Below are positions 11,807 through 25,253 of a stretch of 64,000 bases of DNA, piece after piece; position 1 is the stretch's first letter, and every line of letters begins with the position of its first letter. Below the pieces are notes generated by a model. It was not told where the DNA came from. It made no database searches and was given only the letters and a program-made list of their open reading frames with translations. The translations under genes were made by a program, and so were the position numbers. The stretch is from assembly GCA_052426225.1 (NCBI GenBank), contig JBNJNM010000013.1:1178001-1242000 (forward strand), given 5' to 3'. The stretch comes from Zancudomyces culisetae HAW-14-8. Taxonomy: Eukaryota > Fungi > Kickxellomycota.

Positions 11807-13053
11807 TCATTCAATTTTGCTTTTTGAAATAATAGGCCTAACAAGAAATTTATAGATACCATAAACCACAATAATAGCAACGGATATACCCCATCCAAGA
11901 ATGACGTGTGTGGGGAATGGGTTGTTGAATTCTCCTACTGAAAACTTGATAATCACGAGCAGTTCAGTAAGCGCTGTAGCTATAAATAGCCAGCCATGAA
12001 CTCCGATTCTTTTGCATTTGCTATATTTACAAATCGAATAAGTCAATGTTTGAATAATTGAGGAGCATACAAACAAGCAGACGACTACGGCTTGTTTTAA
12101 GAGATCAATAAAAAGAAATGGAGAATGTCTTATAAAAACCACTTACTTGTTGCTGTAGAATTCATACACTTCACGAGCAGCTGGTAAGCCAAACAAAAAT
12201 GACAGTACCAACCTGATAATCACCAAAACGTGTTCTGGGGGCACCCATAACAAGTACTTGAGATAAAACACATTTAGCTCTATCAACATCGCAAAGGCCA
12301 CCAGTGTGCAATAACCAATATAGTTTCTGAGGCTTTTGGTGGGCATCCACGAATAACTTGTCCAAGTTTGTGGTGTAAATTGTGCTCCAGCCCTTTTAAT
12401 TTTGCCTTTAATGGTCTTTGAATATGATATCTTGTTCCATTCGTATGTCTACAGGTTAAAAAATAATGTTGATAGTTTTGATTGGTTGTAACATTTATCA
12501 TGTATGGAGTTAAACTAGCGGCCGATTTAATTAGTTATTAGAACCTACTTTGATTTCGAAATATTGACAAAACTTCATTCCAACATAGATTCCCAACCAG
12601 TTGCAAATCAACACATCCAGTATCCACTAATCGATTATAATAACAAGCATTGTTAGATCTCATTCCACGGCTTGATGATTTTGGGCTGGTTGACCACTTT
12701 TCAATTTATCACACTGTAAAAATATTAAAATGTCAGAGCAAATACAAACGCAAAAAAAAACTCAATACTTACGTGATCCCACCAGCATTCTGCAAAATTG
12801 GGGAGCTGGTGCTCTAACGAGTACTCGCATAGCTCAAATATTATGGAAAGGATCCAGCATATTGTGTTGTCTCGAAATATTATCGCCTTTCCAAACCACC
12901 CAAGGGAGTGTGCCAAGACGAAAATATCCATTCCACCCTATAATCAGAGTGTACAGCGTTATAGTTACACCAATAAATTTTTGCATTGTACCTTTTTTGT
13001 CTCTTCATTGACAAACCACATTGGCTTCTCAGCAGTACATTATACATATAATA

Positions 13054-13090
<37 letters not shown>

Positions 13091-13873
13091 TGAGATGGGT
13101 TATTCATCCGCAAACTAACCATAATGTCCTTGTAGTTTAGTCCACAATTTTCTGCATACGATTTTTCAGGTAGTGGAACGCCAAGCCCTTTGTCAAATAT
13201 CCTCATCATATTCCGCGCATCAGACTTGCTTTGAAAAAGTAGATAGATAATCCCCATTTCGTACAACACATTCGTGGCCAGCACAGCTCTCCACACCGCA
13301 GGATGTGGCCTTACAAACGGACCATCTTTAAAAAGAACCACACCGATAACTATGAAAACTGAACAGCAGGCACAAATTCCCCATACTATATTTTTACTCT
13401 GGTCGCTTTCGTCAGTGAAAAATGCAACATACAAGAGAAATAGCATCGTTCCCACCAACAAGCTGATTGTATGGGGTTTATCTATTCGATATTTCCTACT
13501 ATTAGTATCCTGTCTCCTTTTACTTGAGAGACATTCCATGTTTTATCTCATATTCTTTCTGTTATCTTTTCACGATACTTTGTAAATATCGCTTTATAAC
13601 AGCCAACTTTACAAATAATAAAACGATATAAATAAACAAAGCGAGTGAGATGTCATGAAATGGTTCATAATATCAAAGATTACAGAAATCTCTTCAAAGT
13701 AAAAAAATGAAAGCCAAATAGATGGTATTCAAAATAAGCTTACTGAAAAACGATATTGTGGGATCAGGTTCATCGCTCGAATACGATTGAACTCTTCTTA
13801 TATCCGATGCATGCTGCTTTTCGCCGCTACCCGCTTTTTTATGCTTTCTATTCGCCACTTTGCGGATGTCCAT
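11807..13873 (-). CDS. PTDSS: Phosphatidylserine synthase, base-exchange (PTDSS1/2, PSS family), 6 exons (13873-13744, 13481-13120, 12937-12773, 12626-12549, 12448-12147, 12020-11807)
   Basis: Conserved PSS motifs: [99 protein letters not shown]. Exons join in frame at GT-AG sites. Confidence 0.93.
13049..13088. repeat. (TAA)n microsatellite in PTDSS intron 2
   Basis: Visible trinucleotide run. Confidence 0.9.
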
Positions 13874-15373
13874 CCTCTTGAGTTAATCTATATTGCTAAA
13901 TAGTATTGTAGAAAGAGGTGAGGCCATAAAAGGCATTGATTAAGATAGTTGTTATTACTATTATTCGTGATCTCTTGCAGTTTAGACAAACAAGGAAAAA
14001 AAATTTTTTTAATCCTAGCTTCCTGCGAATAGCAGATATGGCATAGACCCTTGAATCACAGCACAATTTTTACATAAAGTTTGGTTTAATTTAACTCAAT
14101 GTAGTTTTTTTTTCACGTTTTTTGATTTTGTAATCTTGAAATAATGCACAAGTTGAGATTAGAAAAGTTGGTTTTTTAATCTTTTTCAGAATTCGTATGA
14201 CGTAAAAATCCCATTAAGGTATTATTATTTTGCTATTAATTGGGATACACCCATTTTCACTTGTGTATTGATGAAAACAGGTTTGAATACCCACTAAGTA
14301 TTAGATAGTGCCCAGAACCTCCTCACTTACGCACTAATTTACGAGGTAGCTGCATTTTTCATCTACATATTTACTAACTGGCCTTTTATTTGTTAAATGT
14401 TGTGAAAAATGAACATTACTAAAGGATAATTGAATCGCTATTTAAAAATAAAAATTGGCACACTCATTCATTTGATTTTCCCACCTCAATCTAGATTTTA
14501 ACAACATAGGTTAGTATCTAAAAAGATATGGGTCGCTTGTGCTCTACCTCCCTCCCTTCCTCCCCCACAAGTAGATCCCATCCATTTTAAATGCTACTTT
14601 ACCCCTCTCTATTTTTTTTTTCAAGACAAAGAGTGGGCTGTTTTTTTTTAACTAGCCTGTATTTTGGTGTATGCTTCTGTCTAATGAGATAGATAGTAGC
14701 AAAAGAATGGTTGATATCTTTTCACCTTTATTGTAGGGGTACAAACCCTAAATGTGGTGTTTATCCATTAAATAGATTTCCCAGTGGAGAAATAGTCATT
14801 CTACTAGCGCTAAAAGCGCAAAAAGGTACTAAACAGGCTGAACAATGGTATCACACATAGAGAGCCTGGGTAAATGTCCAGTGGAGAGAAAAAGAGATAA
14901 ATAACGAATATAGAGGCTGATATTCTGTATTATTCTTTAAAACCCTCGGAAGCAGGGCAATTTGAAACATTGTGTTGGTTAGAAAGTAGGTAAAAACTAA
15001 AATGTATTTTTTTGTCTGAGCCCAGATTAAAATGTTTAGTATTGTCTGAATTGTTTTGTAAACAAGAGTTGTGAAAAACGAAGGGTTGGTTGTACTTGTT
15101 GTTTTGATTATATATATTGTATTATATAGGGGTTGTCGAGAATAATCCGTTTGAGCATAATAATGCATTTGGAACAAACATTATTTCCAAGTTTATGGTT
15201 TGAAGCCGAAAAAACCGGGTAGAATCTATTGAATACTAAACAAAATAACAGACACAAGTCAAGAATAGAATTAAAAATAAAAATAAAACAATTCCTTCTC
15301 AGCAAAGGATATTTGAAAATCGTCAAATGTTATAAAAATAAGGTCAATATAGTGTTTGCTAGAGAACAAGAGT

Positions 15374-16180
15374 TTATTCTCTCTTAAAGGATTTGATGGT
15401 GTATGGCTCAGTGTGGAAAGGAGACCAAATTCCTCTTACACTAGGCGCGTCAGAAAGTACAGGCTTCTTCCATAATCTGCTATATCCTCCAGACATATCT
15501 TTTAGTTTATCAGCCGTTTCCTGTACCTGATTTTTTTCTAGGTTTTTTACACAAAGCACTCTCGCTCTTCCATTAGCTATTTTAGTTTGTGTGTTTAAAC
15601 GAGAAATAATTGAGTTAGTGATAATTTCTAAATAGTTAAAAATACTATGTTGATCAATGATATAAAGTAATAGTGGCTAGTAGCACACCATTCCTTCACA
15701 CCTGCTATATAGTATTCTTAGTTTGCCAAGGTAAATAATGCTAGTAGTAAAGTAAAAGCAATTTACAGTAGAATGCTCTGATAATTGGGTGTCTAGAAGG
15801 TCTGGGCTGAACTACAACCTCGATCTTTGGATTGCTTTCTGAAAATTTTATCGCATCCTGAAGTAAGAATTCCCTATGGTACAAGATCGTGGTGGTTTTA
15901 GATAATCATTAATAAATTTGAGAATGGTAATCATATGAATGTCCCAGAACCCACGAGAAAAATGAAGCGGTAGAAAAAGGAAATAAAAATAATAAAATGT
16001 GTAGACTAAATCTTACTTCATTCCTCGGCTACTTCCACTTTTCTCGCAGTAATGAAAAACCATTTTTCTACACTGAAGAACGAATGAGCCTACACCATTT
16101 TTGTAGACAGGGATAGGCAGATTGCTCGCATTTTGCCGTTTAATTACTTCTTTTAATGCAGTTGGAAGATGGGAACTCAT
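15374..16180 (-). CDS. MRPL51: Mitochondrial large-subunit ribosomal protein mL43 (yeast Mrpl51), 3 exons
   Basis: Spliced product: ...YKNGVGSFVLQCRKMVFHYCEKSGSSRGMKEFL...PKIEVVVQPRPSRHPIIRAFYSNGRARVLCVKNL...SVRGIWSPFH, typical of mL43. Confidence 0.9.
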
Positions 16181-16746
16181 TCTTGTAGCTTCGTTTTGGT
16201 TCTTGTCGCTTTTACCGATTCAGTGCCAGGATCTTTTCAGATTTTTTGTAAATCTTCCGAGTAGAAATGGAATTAACACTAAGCTTTTTAATTGTCGATT
16301 TCAGTGATTAACAGAGTTTGAAGGGGGGAAGGAAATGCCATGAATTGCAATAGGCTGAAATAAAATTTTTTTTGTGATTTTGATGCGCAATTTTTTTTAG
16401 ATACCAGGACCAAAACTTGGCCTATCAGCTATTATTTATTAGTTGCCATCAGCTTTCAAGCCAGTTTACAATTTAGAAGAAAATAAAAAGCTGGACAAGT
16501 AAATCGTAGAGCTATAACAGTTCCATCAATCAGTAATAATAGACTGCTTTTGGTTTATTTACACACAGATATTTATAATATAAATGACATTCTTGATGCA
16601 AATTTGGTTAGAAAACGCGCAAGATGCAAAACTGTAACATGAAGTAACACTGGTACAGAATCTGGCCACACGCTTTTAACAACTAAACTTTATTTATGAG
16701 AAAAAGTATATATATCAGATCAGAAAATGTTTTAATGTAAAAATAA

Positions 16747-18004
16747 CTAGTGGCGTCCCATAAGCTGGCTAAAAATTTCACCGTGGATGGCCTTTTTCCT
16801 CTGTAGATCGCTCAGCGAAGTCATAGAACGTAAATCGTTCACAATGTCCTTTGTCTTTCCAAAGTAAACCTCTTGAATGGAGTTTCTAAGCTTAAACTCC
16901 ATGTCTTCAACCATCCTTCCAATGTTTACAATGTGAGAATTGGAGTCTTCTAATGTACAATCACGCTCTTCTTGGCGTGTGAGTGATCCAGACAGGTTCA
17001 TTTGGCCCACATTTCCATGGTTGCTGACAGTGTAAAGCATCACTGTTGTAGTTAGTCTATATGTTGCCTGCCGTCCTCGTACATCAATGTCAATTACATG
17101 AATTGAATCCCAAGCACCTTTTGAGTTTGAAGCACCCGATTCAACTATTTTGTACAAAAAAACCGCATGTATATGTAAATAACTTGTAAGCACATTTATC
17201 CTCCAGATGCTAAAAACTAGATAATTTCTCAAGTTCAGGATATATAATATACCTTTTTTAATCAAGATGGCGCATGCCAAACTATTCTCGCCCTCCCAAA
17301 AATAAACTGAAGAGATACCGCCATCATAATACCTAACAAATATAGTTTTACAGGTCAGAGAGAACATCCAACTTCGACGTAAATCTATGCAGGCACTTAC
17401 AGTTTCGTATATGTTTTGAAAGCTTCATTTGCAACTATTTCGAGTTTTCGAGCGCGTTCTGAAGGATATGTCCCATCCTCAATATCAGGAAAATATTGGT
17501 TTGACCATGGTGATCTAGAAAAGTGCCACAAAGTAAGATAGATGATGGTAGTGGTAAATATACAATTGAATATATGTTGACTAACCTGAAGGAGTCACCA
17601 TCGCGATTATAATCGCATATTAGAAACTCCATCCCAGTCTTGGTGTCGGTTCCTATTTTTAGTGGCTGGTCTACAGACGACAGTAGTTCATCGGTTAGCT
17701 CCGGAACCAGTTCAAGGAGCCTTGCCATATTCTCCTCTATGTTTTGGGGTGGCAAGCGACACATTAAATCCAAGGCACAGTCCAGCTTCTTTCCATCATC
17801 ACTTTCGTTTTCCTGGTTAATGTATTTCCAAGTAAAATGTCAGATTTTAGGCATTCACCTTTGTTTACTTTTTATTGTTAATGCTTACGTAGGTTCTGCA
17901 CAGTTATGTAACACATTAACTCACGGTTATCAACGATAATGGACATTGAGATGAAGTGCAGAATTAGGATTTTCAAAATGTATAAATAAATCCAGATTTA
18001 CCAT
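16747..18004 (-). CDS. CAP2: F-actin capping protein subunit beta, multi-exon, probable ATG-only first coding exon (18004-18002)
   Basis: [93 protein letters not shown]. Confidence 0.95.
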
Positions 18005-18697
18005 TTTACTTTTTCAGGCGGATTTTTGTTTTTGTTTACGGAATCTGTTACTTTATGTTATGTTTATTCTCTCTTGTATATATTAAAATCCGATTTTAGT
18101 GTGCTGAATTGACGAGATGTTTCTAGATCCCAACTCTCTTTGAGCCCTGTAAATCTACTATGACGTTTGTTTTTGTTATTACCCCAGTCTAATAAAACGG
18201 AAATTTTGCTGAAAATGAAAGCGAAAATGAAAATAAATAAATTAGTACTAAAAGGAACCAAGTGTTCATTCCAGCCAATCCGCCATCCAAAAATGTTAAA
18301 TCCTCATTATCATAATGGTGGGAATTGCTGAAGAATTGCATACAAAGCAATTGGACCAACAGGTGCAACGAATTTGGTTTTTCTGTAAGGTAAGGTCGCA
18401 TTATTGCGCTTCTAGCATTTAGCATTTTGGGTTTAGTAGATTTTCAAGTTTAATTTGCTTGAAATAAATCAAAATTAAAAGGTTTATGAGGCCTGGGTTT
18501 AGATAGAGTGTACTTACAAATTTTTTTTCTGCAAGAAAAAAACGTCAATCCTGCTCGAGACAGCCGGCTCCATCCTATACCAGCTCAAATAGAGCATATC
18601 TTTATCACTTGGTTCATTACTGGAAACAGCGTTTGAAAGGTGTTTCAGCAATCAAACTATTGTTTTAATTTTCCGCTACTAAAAATACTCATCAAAC

Positions 18698-18752
18698 TTG
18701 ACTTTTGTTGACTTTTGTTGGCTTTTTTCGGCTTTTGTCGGCTTTTGTCGGC
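18698..18752. repeat. 10-bp tandem repeat (R-CTTTTGTYG), about 5.5 copies, in the divergent CAP2 / CCCH-gene promoter region
   Basis: acttttgttg acttttgttg gcttttttcg gcttttgtcg gcttttgtcg gc. Confidence 0.85.
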
Positions 18753-18865
18753 ATTTATTTTTAATTTTTTTGAAAATTCTGTTGCAATTAAAAGCGCATG
18801 TAATTAGTTGCTGTTTGAAATACAGATAAAAAAATCTTAACAAATAATATAGATTGTTGGTAAGA

Positions 18866-20483
18866 ATGTTTAGAGATGAAAAGATTGAAAAACAGCTAAA
18901 ATCAATAGAAGGTCGGTTTGGAAACATCAATCACGCGCGTCATCACTATATTAAGCTATTTAAGCTATATTAAGCTATCTACTAAATATTATATTTTTCT
19001 ACCTTTATAATCTCATAGCCTCGATAAAACTTAACGAAAAATTAATTTTGCTAAAGAGGAAAATTGAAGAGGTAGAATCGGCAAAGTTAAAGGGAAAGCC
19101 GAGAGAGGAGTTCAGTTCATTTGCTGCGGACTCTACCCCTAAACCTATTTCATCCGATCCCACAACACCAGCACAGTCTACGACAAATGTCCAGTATTTA
19201 AGAAAGCGGAATAAGCTTATTCGAATCGAAGGTAATCAATAATTTTTTTTTCTGACTGGCATGTTTTATTTTATGCATTCTTAAATACAATGAATGTTCA
19301 CAGTTTCTATACCATTAAATTGCAGAGAACTTCGATGATCATCCGCGAGAAGCTGTAAATTCTCGTGAGATCCACGTTCAAACTCCCGTAACAAACCACT
19401 CGCATCAAAAATCACACAGCGGGCTCGGGGTTAACATGAAACTAATAAACAACACCTGTAAGCATCTCACTAGAGATTAAACACACATCTCCATGGCACT
19501 TTTTCGTTTTCTTTATATCTATCGCCATAAGATGCAAGTCTTTTTAAAACGTAGATTTATAACCCAAACCTGACCAAAAACTATGAAACGTAGCGAATAA
19601 TAACACTAGATTGCGGTATTCGGGTAGTCCTCATAATTTTAAAAGGTAAAGCTTTTTTTATCGTTACATGCAGTTTCTTAGAGTTTATTCTCACACCACT
19701 CTTTTGCACATTTAGTCATCCACACAAACAACGCTTTACAGGTAGCTCAAACGACTTCCGTTTAGGTAAGTGAATATTTATATTAATTTTTCTTGAACCT
19801 ACTTCGTGGATTCCCACATGATCTCTAGAATTTTCAACCATCACCCTATTTTAAATCTAGATAACGACCCGAAAAAACTCAAAGCTCATAAAGATCACGT
19901 TTGTATAAACTTTTTACGTGGAACGTGTCATCTGGGCTCAGCTGAATGTCGATTCTTGCACTTTACCGATGCTAATAGAACCCCTATTTGCCGGCATTTT
20001 CAAAAAAATCGATGTAAAAACGCCATGTGCCAATACATCCATTCAAAAGTCAACCCCGGTGCAAAAATATGTCAAGATTTTGTATATAAAGGCTTCTGTG
20101 AACAGGGAATAAAGTGCAAACAAAAACATATTTATGAATGTCCAGACTGGGCAGAGTTTGGGAGTTGTAAAAGATACAAGTGTAAATACCCCCACTCACA
20201 ATCCAGCAAATACAACCTTAAAGTCAAAAAGATGAAAAACAGTGAAAATCCTCGTCTAGAGGGAAACCAGCGTATCAACGAATCTTTACACGAAAAGCCC
20301 GAAACCCAAGTGAAAGGTTTTTATCTCCATGCAATCTTTTTTTTTTACCGATAAACATACACCAAAAATACATACATAAGTCATCATATCACGGTTATTT
20401 ACGTGCATATATCATCCATATTCTTATCTCTTTTATTCATAGAGGCTGATTCGCGGACCTCAGAATCGTTTATTCCGTTATGA
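18866..20483 (+). CDS. Tandem CCCH zinc-finger protein (ZC3H3 / S. pombe Red5-like), multi-exon
   Basis: Four consecutive CCCH fingers (CINFLRGTCHLGSAECRFLH; CRHFQKNRCKNAMCQYIH; CQDFVYKGFCEQGIKCKQKH; CPDWAEFGSCKRYKCKYPH). The finger arrangement resembles the ZC3H3 C-terminus. Upstream short exons are approximate. Confidence 0.7.
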
Positions 20484-21333
20484 TATTGCATTCTGGCGAC
20501 GTTACTATTTTCATGCGATTCCTTTTGCTTGATGCTAGCACTTCCAAGGATTCCTGCCTTTTCTCTGACAGGCGAGAGCGGGTTTGTTATTTTTATATTT
20601 CTCTAAACTTTTATTTTTAATTCCACGGTGTGATATTTGGATTATTTTCATTTGCGCCATGACTTTAGATCATGGTACCAGTACCCATAAATGTTATATA
20701 CCAAACCTCGATATTTGATTCCTTTAACCCTTCAGTTTGTTTTTATGATACCTTACTCTCTTTTATTTGACTACTTGTGAAATCTAGATACACTTGTAAT
20801 ATTCTCTTCAAAACATCATAGTAAATAAAATTAATAATTAACCAGAGTATTCCAGTAATACTAAATTGCATTGGATCTTACCTTGTTGTAAATGCGTATT
20901 TGTAGTTTAGCTTGCAAAAAAAACAAACCCTTTTTACGGATTTTTATTGTGCTCACAGTACATATAGCTAATATTTATCTAGTGCTGTTATGTTATTGCG
21001 TAGTTTAATCACATGTTTATTGATATTAAAATACACTGGTAGCATCTACCTGGGATCGAATGTCTCCTTTATTACCAAACACTAGATTTCGTCTCGATTT
21101 TCCTAATTTTTCGTGTTGTTCCTTTTATTTCATTTGTACATTCAATTTCCATTTTCATTAATGAACGAGTTAAATAAATAAAAGCGGATTTAATTCACGA
21201 ATGTAAACGCCTACTGATCAGTATCTCTGTTTCAGACAAAAAATTACACTATTTACTTTACAGTAGTACCTAAATATATTCGCATCTAAAGATCTATAAA
21301 AAAAAGCCGGACAATAAAACCCCTTAAAGATAT

Positions 21334-23797
21334 ATGACAATGGAGGCGAGGAGAGAAACCAAAGTCAAGCTTGTGTATTATAATTTAGAAGAGTAACAAA
21401 CAAATCTAATTTTAACGTTTACATATTATGTGTTGGGAAACTATATTATTTTCCGCACAATAATTAGCACTAAATTCGATAAAGTTGTTTGTGCTTGACC
21501 TACATTGTAGAAAGTACCAATTGGAAATTCAACAATGTATTCACGATATCTTGGCAAAGGTAGTTGTTTATTCATCTTACCAGCAATCTTTAACATTTTA
21601 TTTTTTTTCCCGCCTTTGCTGTAATACCAGTTTGGGTCAGTGAAAGTCAACACAATCAAGGGTTTTGGAGCCAACAATTCATAAAAATACGAGTCGATAA
21701 TTTATATTTGTGTGCTTTATAGGCCAAGGTCGAAAAACAGAGGCGGCGCGAATACGAAAATGACAGGGCTGCAAGGTTGAGACATCTGACACGCTCTCTG
21801 GAAAGTATACTAAAGCGTCCAGCTCCAACCTTGGAAATAAAGGATCAGATCACTGATAATAATTCTGCTGAAGAACAGGAAAACAGTTGCAGTTTGCCTG
21901 TAAATAACAAGAAAAGCTCTCTGAAATCTAGTGGTAATACAATTATTTGCATTGTACTTTCAAATATAATATTAAAGCGCGAAAATATTCGAATTCACAA
22001 TACTGAAATAAATCACCTTATAGTTTTACTGAAGGATCTATGCAGAGAGTTGAGCCAAGATCAGGTAGAAGAGGAGGACATAATCGAAAGTATAGAAAAA
22101 TATTCAAATAGTATTGGCTTGGAAAATTCGGAGGAGGGGCTTCGAGCTGTACTTTTAGACACCCCCGAAGGTAGTACTAGAGATGCTTCTAATAGCGGCC
22201 ACTAACTCTTTATTACATTTCATATTGTATTTATTATATTCAAGAGTATTCTAAGGCATAACTTGTTATTTTTGGTATATCTATAAACATAAAATGATGA
22301 AAAATAGGAAAGTGCACAGAAAGAAAGACACTAGACGAAATTGAGGCTGATCCGGTGGTGGCAGAAGCGATTGTGTATGACACCTTTGAATTTGTTGAGA
22401 GTACGGCAGGCTCTGACTACAGGGCTCAGGGAGCAAACAACGAAGAAACTAGAGCAGCTGGACTAGGATATGCAACAGGGTTTGACATAAAAGAGTCAAA
22501 CGGATATAGGTCAATACATGGGAAGCAAAAGCGAAAATCCATGGATGTTTCATACTTTCTCGAATATGGAGTGGCCGTAGGAGATAAAAATCCGAGGATT
22601 AAAGGTGCTAATACCTGCTTTAACTGTGGTTCTGCATACCACTCGATCCAAGCGTGCCCAGTGGTAAAGAACGAAGATGTGATTAGAGCGCAAGCGAGAA
22701 AGTTCCGGAGCTCGGCTACTGATTCGTCTGAGAGTAATAAGCGGATACATACAATTGTTGCTGAGCGCAAAGAGTATCTTGAAAAGCTCAAGCGGCATAA
22801 ACCTGGGGAGTTTTCGGAGGAATTGCGCAATGCTATGACTATGGATCGAGTTTCGGGCAATTTTGAATTTGTAAAAAATATGTACATTCACGGATACCCC
22901 GCTTCATATATTAGTAGTGATAAAAATATGAATTTAGATAGTGTTTTCGACAAAGCAATGGGGAACGAGACGGGTAGTGAAGGAGAAGTGTATGATGATG
23001 ATAATGATGATGAGTTGGTTATATACACCGATTCTGGACATGTCCTTGAGGACGTCGAGAGTAAAAAGCCAAAGAGATTTGCAAAAAAGGACGTTTCGAC
23101 AACATCTCCCTCGAAAACGCAGTTTCCCACCAAGTATTATCCTCTTGCAGCATATCCAGGTCTGAATTTTGATGATTTCATCTTTGACGAACCAGCTAGC
23201 AATGGTCTCACACTTCCAGCCACTAAGGGAAATTTAGGAAAGCCCAAAATAATCACGCGGCGTACAGAACAAGCCCAAATATGGGAGCCAGTTGGCAGAT
23301 TAACTACTCAAAACAATTTCAATAGTAGCATCAACAATGTGCCTTTTACAAATTTCGCAAATGTGCATCTCCCGAATAGCGGCTTCAATATTGCGAATGC
23401 TCGAGGTATGCCAGTCCCTGGATTGAATTCCAATACCGCACCCTTGTATCCCACAACAAATTTCACAGAATATCAATATACTTATCCCCCTAGCTCTACA
23501 CTCTCTACCACTACCCTCCCTACCCCTAACTACATAAATCCTGCAAATACGGGTGCCATCAATCAACATAGTGGAATACCTGGTCTTTCCAGTTACAAGT
23601 ATGTTCCAGCTAACAAACAAACTACTAGCAATGCAAACAATCACGCTACTTTCAAAAACAAAACCAGTCCCAAAGATAAATCCGACCCTGTCAGCTCCGC
23701 TTTGACTCTCGATCGAGACGACCAATCGGTAGAAGAGGGGGAAATTGTTGACGATGAAAACATTAACACCGATTCCGACATGGAACTAGGCGATTAA
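21334..23797 (+). CDS. Zinc-knuckle + PSP domain protein (ZCCHC8-like); 5' exons approximate
   Basis: CFNCGSAYHSIQAC knuckle followed by KPGEFSEELRNAM...MYIHGYPASY (PSP domain) and YPGLN. In-frame exon from 21723. The start codon at 21334 is tentative. Confidence 0.75.
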
Positions 23798-24076
23798 GCG
23801 CACGGCACGTTTAGCTTTGTATTATCTTGGATATTTATACATATGTACATATGCATGCATGCCATGCACAAAACTTTTGATTTCAAAATATATTGGATGC
23901 TGTGTGTATACAAAAGAAGAACAGAAGAGTAGTATGTTGGCTTGAATTGGTTTTTACAACTTGCTTTTTTTTTTTTGAACCATTGCCCGTCTTTGAGATG
24001 ATCTTTATACTCGATTTTGCTAACAACAACGCAAGAAATGCTATATAAAAAAACAAAAGAAAGGAAAGGGAAAAAA

Positions 24077-25253
24077 TTATTTTTTCTTCAGTCTAATGTA
24101 TTCCGAATATTTAAGTGATTGTTTACTGCTTTGGTATCTTTCGACTGTAACTGAGCTCAAAAAGTCTGCTGTTATGCGCTTACGATACCCGCTTTTTAGA
24201 GCCAGATGTTTTATTGTTTCCATTTTGGTCCATTCCTGTTCGGCTATTTATTGTTGGGGTTATAGTTTCGTCGTATTAATTACCGATTTTTCGTTGTTTT
24301 ATTGTATAATATATGGTATTAGAGGCTAAACTAGTATTACCTGGTACGTCAGGAAGAAATGTTGCTGATCTTTTCTTCCCTCTTTCATCGTAGTATTTCA
24401 AGGTTACTCCATGCTTTCCAACTTCCCAATCTTCAATATCCTGTGCCTCCTCAAAGTCGGTTAACAATGACACACTATTCATTTATGGGAAAATTTTGAT
24501 ACAACCGCAACAAATTTAGCATAATGACTAGTCTGTATCTTATCCGTGCAATGAAAAGAGGATTTTTAAATACAGAGAAGGAAAAAAGGGGCGCTTGGAG
24601 TGTTCTTAAACGTGCTATCTGCGTTATTTACCTGTTTTCCAAGTATTTTAGCTCACTTTTTGATATTGGATCAAACCTGGTGTCGGAAAATGCACTATGT
24701 TTTACATTGAACATATCTTTAGAACCTGCCTGGCTAAGGAAGAAAAAGCGGAACACTGGACACAACACATTGGTGTCTTTCCAAAACAGACACATAAGCA
24801 CTGTATAACCATTAAACGCCGTATATAGTCTATCAATTTATTCGTAAAAATACCTGATAATCGCATAGTCCTTTAAGCCTTCTACTATTGGCATTTTTGT
24901 AAAATTTCCTATACAACCCCTTAGCTCTTTGTCTCCATCCTTAGTTGTATCCCAGGTTACGAACAGGGGGCTATATTAGATTTAGCGCCGTATATCCGAT
25001 AAGTATAGAACTTTAACTCTTATTTTTAACTGAACCTTTTATAATCTACCGAAGAAACGATAATATCGAGGTACATCTGGCTCTACGGTTAAGCAAACAG
25101 ACGTAGGCATAAATCTTTTTAATTTGTATCTCTGAGTAAAAAATCTTACTATTCTTGGTCTTCAAAATCGGCCACAACCTTTTTTGTCGATCTCCTATCG
25201 AGTTCCGAGACCAGAACGTCAAAGCAGTATTTGCAATGATTTATCGTTGCCAT
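24077..25253 (-). CDS. AMMECR1 domain protein, multi-exon
   Basis: HCKYCFDVL, PLFVTW, ELRGCIGNF, SAFSDTRFDPI, SVSLLTDFE, DWEVGKHG, SATFLPDVPAEQEW, ERYQS. Confidence 0.93.

Noticed and set aside
24697-24853. Hairpin GTGTCT/AGACAC in an AMMECR1 intron as a possible intronic snoRNA
   Set aside because: No convincing C/D boxes or two-hairpin H/ACA layout.
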